A DNA stretch of 64,000 bases from Gammaproteobacteria bacterium (GCA_965237805.1 OZ250153.1:96001-160000), one strand, 5' to 3'. Shown: positions 51,899-62,482, numbered from the stretch's first letter. A program made the numbers and translations. The notes: generated from the letters alone by a model not told the origin.

Positions 51899-54205
51899 AT
51901 GAGCAAGGTCGTGGTTACCGCCCTGTGCCCAGAATGGCGATGGGGTTCGAGCCAGCTAAGCCCTAATCGTCGGGTAGGGTCCCCGTTCCTCGCGGCGTTG
52001 TTGGCTGTGGTCTTTTGTAGCATCGCTTGGCCGAGCTTGGCCAGCGCCCGTCCCGATCATGCCCGCATGGGTAGTGCGCGCAGCGACCAGCTGGGTACGG
52101 TGCAGCCTACCGACCAAGATGAGGCGGCAGAGCGGCGGCACAATCGCCGCGAGCAACGTGAGCTGGCACGGCAACAACGTCGGGAAAAACGAGCAAGTGC
52201 GTCGACACGGTTACCGCAATCCGCTCAGCCCGACAAGGCCGATAAGTCGGCGCTGACGGCAAAGCCGCGCAAGAATTGGCAGCGCTTTGTGCCAGCCTCC
52301 GATACCGTTGCCGAGGCCGATCTCTGGCAGCGGGTGCGGGCGGGCTTTTCGATGGATCTCGATGCGGTCTGCGATGCGGAGGTAGTCGCGCCTTTGCTGC
52401 GCCGTTACGAAGAGCGCACGGGCGTTTACTTGGAGCGCATTCTGGCGCGTGCGAATCCCTATTTGCACCATATCGTCGAGCGATTGGAGGAGCGCGGCAT
52501 GCCGCTGGAGCTGGCCGTCTTGCCCGTGGTGGAGAGTGCCTATGATCCCTTTGCCTATTCGCCGGGCAAAGCCGCTGGCTTGTGGCAATTCATCTCCCAC
52601 ACAGCTGCGCTTTTCGGGATGCACAGCGATTGGTGGATCGAGGGTCGCAACGATATCCGGGCCTCCACCGATGCTGCGCTGAGCTATCTGAGCAAATTGC
52701 ACACCCAAAATAAAGGCGACTGGTTGCTGGCGATGGCCTCATACAATGCCGGTTTGGGTGCCGTCAGGCGTGCGGTGTCCTATGTGCGTGCTGAAAACAA
52801 AGTGCTGTGGCGCCGTGCCCAGCAGCGCGTTAAGGATGGCCAGCGGCAGCTGCGCAAAGCCGAGGCGCGGGCTCGTGCCGCAACGCGACTGTCGGAGACG
52901 GCACAACAGCAGCTGCAAGTGGCACAGGTCCAGCTGGAGTACTTGCGTGCGGAGTTTGTGGCATTGATCGATGCCGCCGATATTGGTCAGACAGAGATCG
53001 AGGTGATCAGACCAGTCGCTGCTGGCGAAGTGATGGCAGTGGTCGTGCTGAGTACCGGCGCGGATGGTATGCACAGCGCCGAACAGGCGGTGACAGAGGC
53101 CGCCGCGCAGCTGGCAGTGGCGTCGGTGTCGGTGCGACGCACGCTGGACAAAGTGGCGCAAGCCGACGAGCGGCTGTTGCTGGTGCGCGCCAACCTTGAG
53201 CGCCAAAATGCTGCTGTGGATTTGGCCAAGGCCAAGTTTGAGCGCTGGCCTACTTTTGGTGAGCTGCGCAAACTGCCGCAGGAAACTCGCAGTTATATTC
53301 CAAAATTCTGCGCTATTGCGCAGATCGTTGCCACACCTGCCCGTTACGGCATCACGATCGCCCCAGTGCCAGATCTTCCCTACTTTTCTGAGGTCGATAT
53401 CGGGGCCCAGCTCGACTTGGCTTTGGCCGCCGAATTGGCTGGTGTCAACATCGAAGTCATCTACCGACTGAATCCATCCATGCGGCGCTGGGCAACGCCA
53501 CCGGATGGGCCGCACCGCTTGCTGGTGCCAGTCGCACAACGCGCATTGATGGAATCCAATTTGGCACAGCTAGCGCCAAAGCACCGACTGCGCTGGATCA
53601 ATCATCAGCTGCGCAAGGGTGAGGGGCTCAATAGCATCGCACGGCACTATCACACCACTGTCGAGGCGATCCAGCGTATCAACAGCTTGCCAGATGGTGC
53701 TAGCCTGCGACTGGGCGACCAGCTGTTGGTCATGGCACCCTTGTACGCACTCGATCGCTATGTGCTGAGCGAGGGGCAACAGCGCATGTCGCAGACCGCT
53801 CTGCGCAGCACTGCCAAGAAACGGCCTGTTCAGCAGCGCTTCCACCATGTGGTGCGTGATGGGGAGAGTTTGTGGAGCATTTCGCGCCAATACGGTATCG
53901 GCAGCTATGACCAGATCGCCATATGGAATCGTTTGGACAGCAATGCTCCTCTGCCGATGGGCACCCGTCTGTCGCTATGGATTCCCCCCAACAACACCAC
54001 GCAACGGGGAAATGCCGTTGCCACGGTGGTCGGCGATCGCGATTATGAGCGTGTGACCTACAAGGTGCGCAGTGGCGATTCGCTGAGTGGTATCGCCCAA
54101 CGTTTTGGTGTTGATATTCGGCAAATTGCCCAATGGAATTCCATTGATGTGCATCAATACATCCAGCCCCAACAAATTTTGGTGCTTTATCCGGCAACAC
54201 GTTGA
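51899..54205 (+). CDS. mltD: Lytic murein transglycosylase D with LysM repeats and a large insertion
   Basis: LPVVESAY (catalytic Glu), AAGLWQF, YNAG, LPQETRSYIPK, three LysM domains; next to gloB; start uncertain. Confidence 0.9.
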   Translation: MSKVVVTALCPEWRWGSSQLSPNRRVGSPFLAALLAVVFCSIAWPSLASARPDHARMGSARSDQLGTVQPTDQDEAAERRHNRREQRELARQQRREKRASASTRLPQSAQPDKADKSALTAKPRKNWQRFVPASDTVAEADLWQRVRAGFSMDLDAVCDAEVVAPLLRRYEERTGVYLERILARANPYLHHIVERLEERGMPLELAVLPVVESAYDPFAYSPGKAAGLWQFISHTAALFGMHSDWWIEGRNDIRASTDAALSYLSKLHTQNKGDWLLAMASYNAGLGAVRRAVSYVRAENKVLWRRAQQRVKDGQRQLRKAEARARAATRLSETAQQQLQVAQVQLEYLRAEFVALIDAADIGQTEIEVIRPVAAGEVMAVVVLSTGADGMHSAEQAVTEAAAQLAVASVSVRRTLDKVAQADERLLLVRANLERQNAAVDLAKAKFERWPTFGELRKLPQETRSYIPKFCAIAQIVATPARYGITIAPVPDLPYFSEVDIGAQLDLALAAELAGVNIEVIYRLNPSMRRWATPPDGPHRLLVPVAQRALMESNLAQLAPKHRLRWINHQLRKGEGLNSIARHYHTTVEAIQRINSLPDGASLRLGDQLLVMAPLYALDRYVLSEGQQRMSQTALRSTAKKRPVQQRFHHVVRDGESLWSISRQYGIGSYDQIAIWNRLDSNAPLPMGTRLSLWIPPNNTTQRGNAVATVVGDRDYERVTYKVRSGDSLSGIAQRFGVDIRQIAQWNSIDVHQYIQPQQILVLYPATR

Positions 54206-54209
54206 AGTG

Positions 54210-56321
54210 ATGAGGGTGGGGCGCGAGTTACTTGCCTCGCTCTGCGTATTCGCCTTGGCAGCCTGTGCCGCTGAGGGTTCCGCCCCGCCCGTTGCCATCG
54301 TCAGCCCTCCCGCCGCAAACGCCGTCCCGATGGCGGTGTCTGCGCCGCTGGTCGCCCCGTCCCCTCCGCTGGCACAGGGCTTGTTGCCACTGTCGGATAC
54401 AGCTGCGCAAAAGCAGCGCTGTGCGATTGAGCTGGCGGCTATGCGCAACGCTTTCAGTCGTTTGGAACGTTACTCAGGTGTGCCGGATGCGGCACATTTT
54501 TTGGAGCCGCTCAGTGCCTTGTTGCGACAGATCGATGATATAGATGGTCCGATTAGCCTCTATGCCAATGTGCACCCCGCTGCCGAGATGCGAGAGGCGG
54601 CTGAGTCATGCCAGCGTGAGCTCAGTCAGATAGCGACCGAAGTCGGCTTGTCCGATGCCTTGTACCAGCGACTCAAGTTGGTCGATCTCGCGCCCCTGAG
54701 CAGAGATCTTCGCGCCAAGCGTTTTGTGACGGAAATGTTGCAGGACTTCCGCCGTGCCGGTGTGCAGCTCGGTGCCGAAGACCAAGACCAATTGCGCAAT
54801 TTGAACGAGCGCATCCTCGAGCTGTCACAGCAATATTCGCGCAATATTCGCGAGGATGTGCGCTCGGTCACGTCGAGCCGCAACGAGCTCGATGGTCTGC
54901 CGCAGGATTTCATTGACGGACTCTCCTTCGACGCATCTGATCGCACGGTTGTCACCACAGACTACCCTGTTTTTTTTCCGGTCATGCGCTACGCTCACAA
55001 CGATGCACTGCGCGAGCGTCTCTACCGCGAGTTCGCTAACCGCGGCTATCCCGTCAACGAAAAGGTGCTGTTATCCCTATTGCAGGCTCGTTACCAGCTG
55101 GCCACCCTGCTGGGTTACCCCAACTATGCAGCCTATGCCAGCGAAAAATTGATGGCCAGGGACGCGGATAGTGCCCAGCGTTTCATCGACCGGATCGATC
55201 AATTGGCCAGACCGCGTGCGGCGCGCGATTATCTGGAGCAGCTGCAACGATTACAGCGCCAGTACCCGGCTCGCCAATCGGTGGGCGAATGGCAGCGCTA
55301 CTACATCACCACTTTGCTCAAGGAAGAGCAACATGGTTTCGATTCCAAGCAGCTGCGTCAATATTTCCCCTATCAGCAAGTCAGAAATGGTATTTTTCGG
55401 CTTGTCGAGCGCCTCTTCGCAATTGAAGTCAAGCCTTGGCAGACAGAGACTTGGCATCCTTCTGTCACAGGCTATTCGCTCTATGAAGACGGTCGCCCCA
55501 TCGGTAATTTTTACCTCGACATGTACCCCCGCGAAGGCAAGTACAAGCACGCGGCTTTCTTCTCTATCCGCAATGACGGCGGCCCCGACAGGCCGCCGCT
55601 CGGAGCCTTGGTCTGCAACTTTCCAGCTCCCGGTTTTGGCAATGACGCCAAAGGCTTGCTGGATCACAGCCAAGTGGTGACTTTCCTACACGAGTTCGGG
55701 CATCTGTTGCATTTCATCCTCGCCAGTGCCCAACCTTGGGCCACCCAAGCTGGCATTCGTACCGAGCTGGACTTCGTCGAAGCCCCCTCGCAGATGCTTG
55801 AGGAATGGGCATGGGACTACAACACCTTGCGCGATTTTGCCGTCAACGACAAAGCGGAGCCGATCAGCGTCGAGTTGGTGGGCAGAATGAATGCGGCGCG
55901 CTATCTGGCCTATGGCACTTGGGTGCGCCGCCAAGGTTACTACGCCGCGCTGTCGATGGAGCTGTACCGCAACAATCCCGAGCTGCTCGATTTGGAGGGC
56001 GATATGGTACGCCTGCAGCACAAGTACTCGCCCTACCCGCCCACACCGGACACACATTTCTACGCCAATTTTGGCCATTTGATCGGCTATAGCTCCAATT
56101 ACTACAGCTATATGTGGTCCAAGGTCATCGCTACGGATATGTTCTCTTTCTTTAAGCAGGCACACACGCCCGCTGAGAAAACAACGGTGGCACGGCGTTA
56201 CCGCGATATTGTGCTCAAAGCCGGAGGTAGTCGACCGGCGATGGCGTTGGTAGAGTCTTTTCTCGGGCGCCCACTCGATTTCGAGGCTTTTCAGAGTAGA
56301 CTACAGGCCGATTCTCAGTGA
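54210..56321 (+). CDS. M3 family (thimet oligopeptidase-like) metallopeptidase, lipoprotein
   Basis: Lipobox LAAC, YLDMYPREGKYKHAA, HEFGH, DFVEAPSQMLEEW, YYSYMWS. Confidence 0.92.
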   Translation: MRVGRELLASLCVFALAACAAEGSAPPVAIVSPPAANAVPMAVSAPLVAPSPPLAQGLLPLSDTAAQKQRCAIELAAMRNAFSRLERYSGVPDAAHFLEPLSALLRQIDDIDGPISLYANVHPAAEMREAAESCQRELSQIATEVGLSDALYQRLKLVDLAPLSRDLRAKRFVTEMLQDFRRAGVQLGAEDQDQLRNLNERILELSQQYSRNIREDVRSVTSSRNELDGLPQDFIDGLSFDASDRTVVTTDYPVFFPVMRYAHNDALRERLYREFANRGYPVNEKVLLSLLQARYQLATLLGYPNYAAYASEKLMARDADSAQRFIDRIDQLARPRAARDYLEQLQRLQRQYPARQSVGEWQRYYITTLLKEEQHGFDSKQLRQYFPYQQVRNGIFRLVERLFAIEVKPWQTETWHPSVTGYSLYEDGRPIGNFYLDMYPREGKYKHAAFFSIRNDGGPDRPPLGALVCNFPAPGFGNDAKGLLDHSQVVTFLHEFGHLLHFILASAQPWATQAGIRTELDFVEAPSQMLEEWAWDYNTLRDFAVNDKAEPISVELVGRMNAARYLAYGTWVRRQGYYAALSMELYRNNPELLDLEGDMVRLQHKYSPYPPTPDTHFYANFGHLIGYSSNYYSYMWSKVIATDMFSFFKQAHTPAEKTTVARRYRDIVLKAGGSRPAMALVESFLGRPLDFEAFQSRLQADSQ

Positions 56322-58084
56322 GTTGGCCAGCCGTACACATCGCGTGGTATCGCCAGTCGCAGTCGATGCGCTGCTATGCCACGCCTGCCGCTTGGCTGGT
56401 GCTCAGCACCCTATTTCTTGTTGCCTGTAGCAGCGACAGGCAGCTGCGCGAAGATGCGGTGACCCGTGGTAACCGAGCGAAAATCCTGCATATGGGCATC
56501 GGCGCAGAGCCCCAAGCCTTGGATCCGCACATCGTCACCGGCGTCACCGAGAGCCGCATCATCCACTCACTGCTGGAAGGCTTGGTTGGCAAGGACCCGG
56601 CGTCACTGGACGCTATACCTGGCGTAGCTAACTCTTGGAATATCGCTGATAATAAAACTACTTACACTTTTAATTTCAGGGAAGATGCAAAGTGGAGCAA
56701 CGGCGATACGGTGCGGGCTCAGGACTTCGTTTTTTCGTGGCGCAGGTTGCTCTCACCCGCATTGGCGGCCGAGTATGCATACAACTTATATGTTGTCAAA
56801 AATGCCCGTGATTACCATCGCGGCACCCTCAAAGATTTTGACAAAGTCGGTGTGCGTGCCATCGACGACCGCACGCTGGAAGTGCGCCTCGAGCATCCTG
56901 CCCCCTATTTTCTGCAACTGCTCGATCACACCAGTGCCCTGCCTGTACACCCTGCCACCATTGAGGGCCACGGTGCCACCCTGCGGCGTGACACCGATTG
57001 GACCCGACCCAAATCCTATGTCGGCAACGGTCCATTTCAGCTGGAGACATGGCAGATTGGCGAGGGCATTTTTGTTCGTAAAAACCGATATTACTGGGAC
57101 TATGACGGTGTCCAGCTGAATGGCATCCAGTTCTACCCGGTGGAAAATCAAAATACCGAGGAAAATATGTTCCGCTCTGGGCAGCTGCATATCACTAGCG
57201 GCGTGGCGATTCCCTATGTGCCGCTGTATTTAGAAAAACGCCCCGACCTGATCCGTATATCGCCTTATCTGGGCACTTATTATTACGAGCTAAATGTCAG
57301 TAAACCGCCGCTGGATGACCTGCGCGTGCGCCGCGCACTGATGTTGGCCACCGACCGCTACAGCATCACGGCGGCGATCACCCAAGCGGGCCAGAGGCCG
57401 GCCTATTCCTTCACGCCGCCGCTGCTCTCTGGTTACCGACCGCCGTCGGATCGCAGCCTCGCTTACAACCCCAAGCGTGCGCGCCGTCTGTTGGCCGAGG
57501 CGGGTTATCCCGGCGGTTTGGATTTTCCGGTGTTGCAGCTGTTGTACAACACCAGCGACGACCACCGCACACTGGCTGTCGCGATTCAGGAGATGTGGCA
57601 GAAGAACCTCGGTATTAAGGTCGAATTGAACAATCAGGAATGGAAGGTCTACCTCAACACGCGCAATAATTTGGAGCATCAAATCGCCCGTGCGGGCTGG
57701 GTTGCGGACTTTGAAGACCCGAGCAATTTCTTGGAAGTGTTGAGTGGCGACAGTGGCAATAACCGTTCGGCTTGGTCCAATCCGGAATACGACCATCTCG
57801 TCGCACGAGCCAAGCGTACATGGGATAGCGAAAAGCGCAACGAGCTCTTTGCCCGCGCCGAACGGCTGATGATCTCGCAAGCGCCGATCATTCCGATCTA
57901 CCACTATGCCAGCAAGCGCCTGTTGCGCCGCTCGGTGGTTGGCTGGAGTAGGAATGCACTGGATCACCAGCGCTACCAAGAGCTCCACTTGCTGGACAAT
58001 CCGAGTAGGCAGGAGCCCAAGGAGTCCCCGCAAGCGGGTGCTGCACCAGCGCAGGTCTTGCCGCAGCCGGGCGCAACGCGATAG
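56318..58084 (+). CDS. oppA: Oligopeptide ABC transporter substrate-binding lipoprotein
   Basis: Lipobox LVAC, EPQALDP, EGLV, AKWSNGD, GNGPF, RAGWVAD; start uncertain. Confidence 0.9.
   Translation: MSWPAVHIAWYRQSQSMRCYATPAAWLVLSTLFLVACSSDRQLREDAVTRGNRAKILHMGIGAEPQALDPHIVTGVTESRIIHSLLEGLVGKDPASLDAIPGVANSWNIADNKTTYTFNFREDAKWSNGDTVRAQDFVFSWRRLLSPALAAEYAYNLYVVKNARDYHRGTLKDFDKVGVRAIDDRTLEVRLEHPAPYFLQLLDHTSALPVHPATIEGHGATLRRDTDWTRPKSYVGNGPFQLETWQIGEGIFVRKNRYYWDYDGVQLNGIQFYPVENQNTEENMFRSGQLHITSGVAIPYVPLYLEKRPDLIRISPYLGTYYYELNVSKPPLDDLRVRRALMLATDRYSITAAITQAGQRPAYSFTPPLLSGYRPPSDRSLAYNPKRARRLLAEAGYPGGLDFPVLQLLYNTSDDHRTLAVAIQEMWQKNLGIKVELNNQEWKVYLNTRNNLEHQIARAGWVADFEDPSNFLEVLSGDSGNNRSAWSNPEYDHLVARAKRTWDSEKRNELFARAERLMISQAPIIPIYHYASKRLLRRSVVGWSRNALDHQRYQELHLLDNPSRQEPKESPQAGAAPAQVLPQPGATR
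56631..56690. other. Intragenic AT-rich island in oppA
   Basis: 19/60 GC (32%); TCT TGG AAT ATC GCT GAT AAT AAA ACT ACT TAC ACT TTT AAT TTC AGG. Confidence 0.75.
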
Positions 58085-58118
58085 CTCGCGCCCTCCCCGC
58101 TAGACGGGTGCCACGGCG

Positions 58119-59048
58119 ATGATACGCTTTATCTGTTGGCGGACTTTGCAGGCCATTCCGGTGCTGTTGGTCGTTGTCACCGTCACTTTTTTTCTGGTGC
58201 GCGCTGCCCCAGGTGGCCCTTTTGATGATGAGCGCCGCGTGTCGCCGCAGATCGAGCAGCGCCTCCTCGCTCACTATCAACTCGACCAGCCCATCTTTGA
58301 GCAGTATCTCTCCTATCTGTCAAACCTGTTGCGGGGGGATCTCGGCCCCTCCTTCCGCTATCCCGGTCGGCGCGTCAATGAGATCCTTTTGCAGGGCATG
58401 CCGGAGACGGTGGAGTTGGCTGGCTACGCGCTTTTGTTCTCGTTGATTTTGGGCATCGGTGCCGGTCTTATCGCCGCCCGTCGCCCGAACAGCAGCCAAG
58501 ATCGCATCACCATGGCGGTGGCGATGATCGGTATCTGCATGCCCTCTTTTCTACTCGGTCCGTTGCTGGTCTTAGTCTTTGGCATCTACCTCGACTGGCT
58601 ACCGGTGGCCGGCTGGGGGCGCTTGCCCGGTGACAAGGTGCTGCCTACCATCACCCTCGGTGCTGCCTACACCGCCTATATCGCCCGCCTGTGCCGCGGC
58701 AGCCTACTGGAGGTGATGAGCGCAGATTTTGTCCGCACCGCCCGCGCTACCGGACTGTCGGAGTCCGCTGTGCTACGCCGCCACGCCCTGCGCGGTGCGC
58801 TGTTGCCGGTCGCCGCCTTCCTCGGCCCCGCCATGGCTGGGCTGTTGAGCGGCTCCTTTGTCGTCGAAACGGTGTTCCAGATTCCAGGCATCGGGCGTTT
58901 CTACATACAGGGGGCATTCAACCGGGATTACACCTTGGTGATGGGCATGACCATCTTTTTCGCCACCTTGCTAGTGCTGCTCAACTTGCTCAGCGACATC
59001 CTGTCGGCTTGGCTCGACCCGCGCATCTGTATGGACCGTCGCCAGTGA
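58119..59048 (+). CDS. oppB: Oligopeptide ABC transporter permease
   Basis: APGGPF, GDLGPSF, FVRTARA.GL, VETVF.IPGIG, LDPR. Confidence 0.92.
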   Translation: MIRFICWRTLQAIPVLLVVVTVTFFLVRAAPGGPFDDERRVSPQIEQRLLAHYQLDQPIFEQYLSYLSNLLRGDLGPSFRYPGRRVNEILLQGMPETVELAGYALLFSLILGIGAGLIAARRPNSSQDRITMAVAMIGICMPSFLLGPLLVLVFGIYLDWLPVAGWGRLPGDKVLPTITLGAAYTAYIARLCRGSLLEVMSADFVRTARATGLSESAVLRRHALRGALLPVAAFLGPAMAGLLSGSFVVETVFQIPGIGRFYIQGAFNRDYTLVMGMTIFFATLLVLLNLLSDILSAWLDPRICMDRRQ

Positions 59049-59908
59049 AGATAGGGTGGTCTCCCTCCGCCTTATGGCACGACGCTTGGGGGCTGCTGAT
59101 GCGCGACGCTGCCGCCCGCCGCAGTTTGTGGCTACTCGGTGTGGTGGTGTTGGCGGTGCTGGTCGGTCCTTGGTTCAGTCCCTACAGCTACGAGACGCAG
59201 GATCTGCAACAGGGAGCCTCTGCCCCCTCGCTGGCGCATTGGTTTGGCACCGATATCTTAGGCCGCGATCTGTTGACGCGACTGCTCTACGGCGGGCGCA
59301 TTTCGCTGGCGGTGAGCTTATCGGCGACCGCGGTGGCGCTGTTGCTCGGAGTCAGTTGGGGGACGCTGTCCGCCTATCTCGGTGGCCGCGTCGATGCAGT
59401 GATGATGCGCATCGTTGATATTCTCTACGCGTTGCCATTCATGGTCGTCATCATTTTGCTGACAGTCAGCTTCGGGCGCAGCATGTTGCTACTATTTCTT
59501 GCCATCGGCTGTCTGGAATGGCTGAGTATGGCCCGTATCGTGCGTGCCCAAGTGCTCTCCTTGCGAGAGCGTGAATTCATTCAAGCGGCCGAGTGCATCG
59601 GTCTGCAGCGCTGGATGGTGATGCTGCGTCATGTGTTGCCGAATGCGCTCGGGCCGATCACGGTCTACGCCACGCTGACGGTGCCCAATGTCATGTTGCT
59701 CGAGGCTTTCCTCAGCTTTCTCGGCCTCGGCGTCCAAGCGCCCCACAGCTCGTGGGGCGTGTTGATTTCCCATGGCGTGCAGTATATGGAGATCCATCCT
59801 TGGCTGCTATTTTTTCCTGGCATCACGCTGACACTGGTACTGTTCGCCCTCAATGTGCTGGGGGACAGTTTGCGCGATGCTCTGGATCCGGCGCACGGCA
59901 AGCTGTAG
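59045..59908 (+). CDS. oppC: Oligopeptide ABC transporter permease
   Basis: HWFGTD.LGRD, GGRISL, ARIVRAQ, EAFLSFLGLG, GDSLRDALDP; GTG start. Confidence 0.92.
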   Translation: MKIGWSPSALWHDAWGLLMRDAAARRSLWLLGVVVLAVLVGPWFSPYSYETQDLQQGASAPSLAHWFGTDILGRDLLTRLLYGGRISLAVSLSATAVALLLGVSWGTLSAYLGGRVDAVMMRIVDILYALPFMVVIILLTVSFGRSMLLLFLAIGCLEWLSMARIVRAQVLSLREREFIQAAECIGLQRWMVMLRHVLPNALGPITVYATLTVPNVMLLEAFLSFLGLGVQAPHSSWGVLISHGVQYMEIHPWLLFFPGITLTLVLFALNVLGDSLRDALDPAHGKL

Positions 59909-59910
59909 CC

Positions 59911-61494
59911 ATGGCTCTTTTGGAGTTGCGCCAGCTCGGTGTGCATTTTCCCGATAAGACCGTGGTGCGGGATTTGGATCTCAGCTTGGAGCGTGGTGCG
60001 ACTATCGGCATTATCGGCGAGTCTGGCTCTGGCAAATCGCTGAGCGGTTTGGCCTGTTTGGGGCTGTTGCCACCGACGGCGCGTGCCTCCGGCAGCATCC
60101 GCTTCGATGGCGAGGAACTGCTGAACATGCCGCCGAGGCGGCTCATCCAGCTGCGCGGGCGACGCATCGCCATGGTGTTTCAAGATGCCGGTACGGCTCT
60201 GACCCCTTGGCTGCGCATCGGCACGCAGTTGACCGATCCGATGCGCAACCATTTGGCGATTGGGCGTCGCGAGGCGCAGCGTCGGGCAGTGGTGGCGTTG
60301 GAGGAAGTCAGCATGCCGGAGCCGGAGCGTGCGCTCAGCCACTACCCACACGAGTTTTCCGGTGGTCAGCGTCAGCGCATCCTCCTCGCCATCGCCTTGG
60401 CGGGGCAGCCGGACTTGCTGATTGCAGACGAGCCGACCACCGCCCTCGATGTCACTATCCAAGCGCAGATCTTGGAATTGTTGAGCGCTCTGCAACGCGA
60501 GCGTGGCTTGGCTTTGCTGTTCATCTCACACGATTTGGCAGTGGTCAACCAAATTGCCGAAAACGCTGTGGTCATGGATGCTGGCGAGGCAGTGGAGCGC
60601 GGTCCGGTGTGGCAGCTATTTCAGTCGCCGCAACATCCCAGCACCCGTGCTCTGATGCGCGCCATCTCCCGTCGCGGTGCGATATCTCATCCGGGCACCC
60701 CGCGCCCGAGCGCAGCTGGCTCAGCCGCGCTGAGTATCAGAGGTCTGCGGGCTACTTACAGCCAGCGCACTCAGCCACAGGGCGTGTTGCACGGCATTGA
60801 TCTGGAGCTGCGCCGTGGCGAGATCGTCGCCTTGGTCGGTGAGTCTGGTGCTGGCAAATCGACGCTGGCGAGGGTGCTGTTGCAGTTGTTGCCCGCCAGC
60901 AGCGGCGAGCTGCGGATCGATGGCAAGCTGCTGAGTGCGGCTACTGGAGTGCGCCGCCAGAACCGCTCAGGGGTGCAGATGATCTTCCAAGATCCCTACG
61001 CTTCGCTCAATCCACGGCTCAGTGTTGAGGAGGCGCTGGCTGAGCCGATACGCTTCCACGGACTGGCGGCCAGCGGTGCTGAATTGACGGCGCGCGTGGT
61101 GGCGCTACTCGCCGCGGTGGGGCTGGACGCCTCCGCTGGCAGCCGTTATCCCCATGCCTTTTCCGGTGGTCAGCGCCAGCGCATCGCCATCGCCCGCGCA
61201 CTGGCTACCGAGCCAGAGCTGCTGGTGGCAGACGAGCCAGTCTCGGCTCTCGATATCGTCACCCAGTGCGAGATACTCGAATTATTGTTTAGAATCATCA
61301 CCGATAGGAGTATGTCGATGTTGTTGATCTCACACGATTTGGAAATGGTGCGTGGCTTGGCTGACTACACTGCTGTGATCCACGGCGGTGTGCTGGTAGA
61401 GCAGGGTCCGACCGAGCAGCTGTTTGCGGCACCGCGCGACGCACAGACCCGTCGCCTGCTGGCGGCCAGCCCCTCTTTGCCCGCCACTCGATGA
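59911..61494 (+). CDS. Fused OppD/OppF ABC ATPase
   Basis: Two NBDs (GESGSGKS / GESGAGKST), each with YPH.FSGGQRQR and ADEP. Confidence 0.92.
   Translation: MALLELRQLGVHFPDKTVVRDLDLSLERGATIGIIGESGSGKSLSGLACLGLLPPTARASGSIRFDGEELLNMPPRRLIQLRGRRIAMVFQDAGTALTPWLRIGTQLTDPMRNHLAIGRREAQRRAVVALEEVSMPEPERALSHYPHEFSGGQRQRILLAIALAGQPDLLIADEPTTALDVTIQAQILELLSALQRERGLALLFISHDLAVVNQIAENAVVMDAGEAVERGPVWQLFQSPQHPSTRALMRAISRRGAISHPGTPRPSAAGSAALSIRGLRATYSQRTQPQGVLHGIDLELRRGEIVALVGESGAGKSTLARVLLQLLPASSGELRIDGKLLSAATGVRRQNRSGVQMIFQDPYASLNPRLSVEEALAEPIRFHGLAASGAELTARVVALLAAVGLDASAGSRYPHAFSGGQRQRIAIARALATEPELLVADEPVSALDIVTQCEILELLFRIITDRSMSMLLISHDLEMVRGLADYTAVIHGGVLVEQGPTEQLFAAPRDAQTRRLLAASPSLPATR
61281..61330. 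other. Intragenic AT-rich island in the oppD/F ATPase gene
   Basis: 17/50 GC (34%); TTA TTG TTT AGA ATC ATC ACC GAT AGG AGT. Confidence 0.6.
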
Positions 61495-61504
61495 GAGTTT
61501 GCCG

Positions 61505-62443
61505 ATGACATTATGGCCACTGGAGCCCCGCCCTTGCTCCGCGTTGGTTCTGGTCTTGCTGCTCGGCGGCTGCGGTGGCCCGCCAGCACTGCCGCCCGCC
61601 AGCGAGCGCCAAGTGCCCGCCGAAGCTGCCGCCGCCACCGGCGCTGTGCCAGAGCGCCTGTTGCCCGTGGCCAAAGCGCATAATGTGCGCGATTTAGGCG
61701 GTTACACCACGGTCGACGGGCGGCGTGTCAAATGGGGCGAACTGTATAGAGCCGATTCGCTGGGCGAGCTAGACAGCGAAGATGTCTCCTATTTGGAGCG
61801 ACTCGGGCTGCGCCGTGTGGTGGATTTCCGCTCTGAGGTGGAGCGAGAACATGAGCCCGATCGCCTGCTGGCCGGGGTGGAATATCGTCTTCGATCGATC
61901 ACGGCACGCAATGCGGAGGGCGAGGACATCGTCGCGCTATTCCGTGACCCCAAGCGGCTCAATGCTACCGACACAGCCGAGGTGATGCGCGAGATCAACC
62001 GGCAGCTGGTGCGCGACCACACGCCGCTGTACCGCGATTGGTTGCATCAGCTGGCCACCGAGGAATCCGCTTCTCCGCAGCTGTTCCACTGCACCGCTGG
62101 CAAGGACCGCACCGGCTTCGCCGCCGCCATTCTGTTGGGCGCACTCGGTGTGCCGCGCGAGCAACTGATGGCCGATTATTTGTTGAGCGCGGACTATAGA
62201 GCGGGGCACAACGCGCGCCGTTTGCGCGTGATCCGATTGCTCTCGCTGTGGCGTATCAAGGCCGAGGCGCTGCGTCCGCTGATGACGGTGGAGGCGAGTT
62301 ATCTGCAGGCCGCCTTCGATGAAGCCGAGCGGCGCTATGGCTCTTTCGAAGTCTATTTGGTCGAGGGTCTGGGCATCGACGCAAAGCTGCGCCGCCAGTT
62401 GCGGGCACGTTTTCTCGAGCCCGAGTCAGCGGTCGGCGGCTGA
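61505..62443 (+). CDS. Lipoprotein tyrosine/lipid phosphatase (MptpB/LipA/IphP type), copy 1
   Basis: Lipobox LGGC, NVRDLGGY, VVDFRS, P-loop HCTAGKDRTG, DYLLS. Confidence 0.92.
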   Translation: MTLWPLEPRPCSALVLVLLLGGCGGPPALPPASERQVPAEAAAATGAVPERLLPVAKAHNVRDLGGYTTVDGRRVKWGELYRADSLGELDSEDVSYLERLGLRRVVDFRSEVEREHEPDRLLAGVEYRLRSITARNAEGEDIVALFRDPKRLNATDTAEVMREINRQLVRDHTPLYRDWLHQLATEESASPQLFHCTAGKDRTGFAAAILLGALGVPREQLMADYLLSADYRAGHNARRLRVIRLLSLWRIKAEALRPLMTVEASYLQAAFDEAERRYGSFEVYLVEGLGIDAKLRRQLRARFLEPESAVGG

Positions 62444-62482
62444 GCCGATTGCTATCCTCGAAGGCACCGTCGACGACTGCTG

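Noticed and set aside
52790-53250. Intein in mltD
   Set aside because: No N-terminal Cys/Ser block or His-Asn C-terminus; helical composition.
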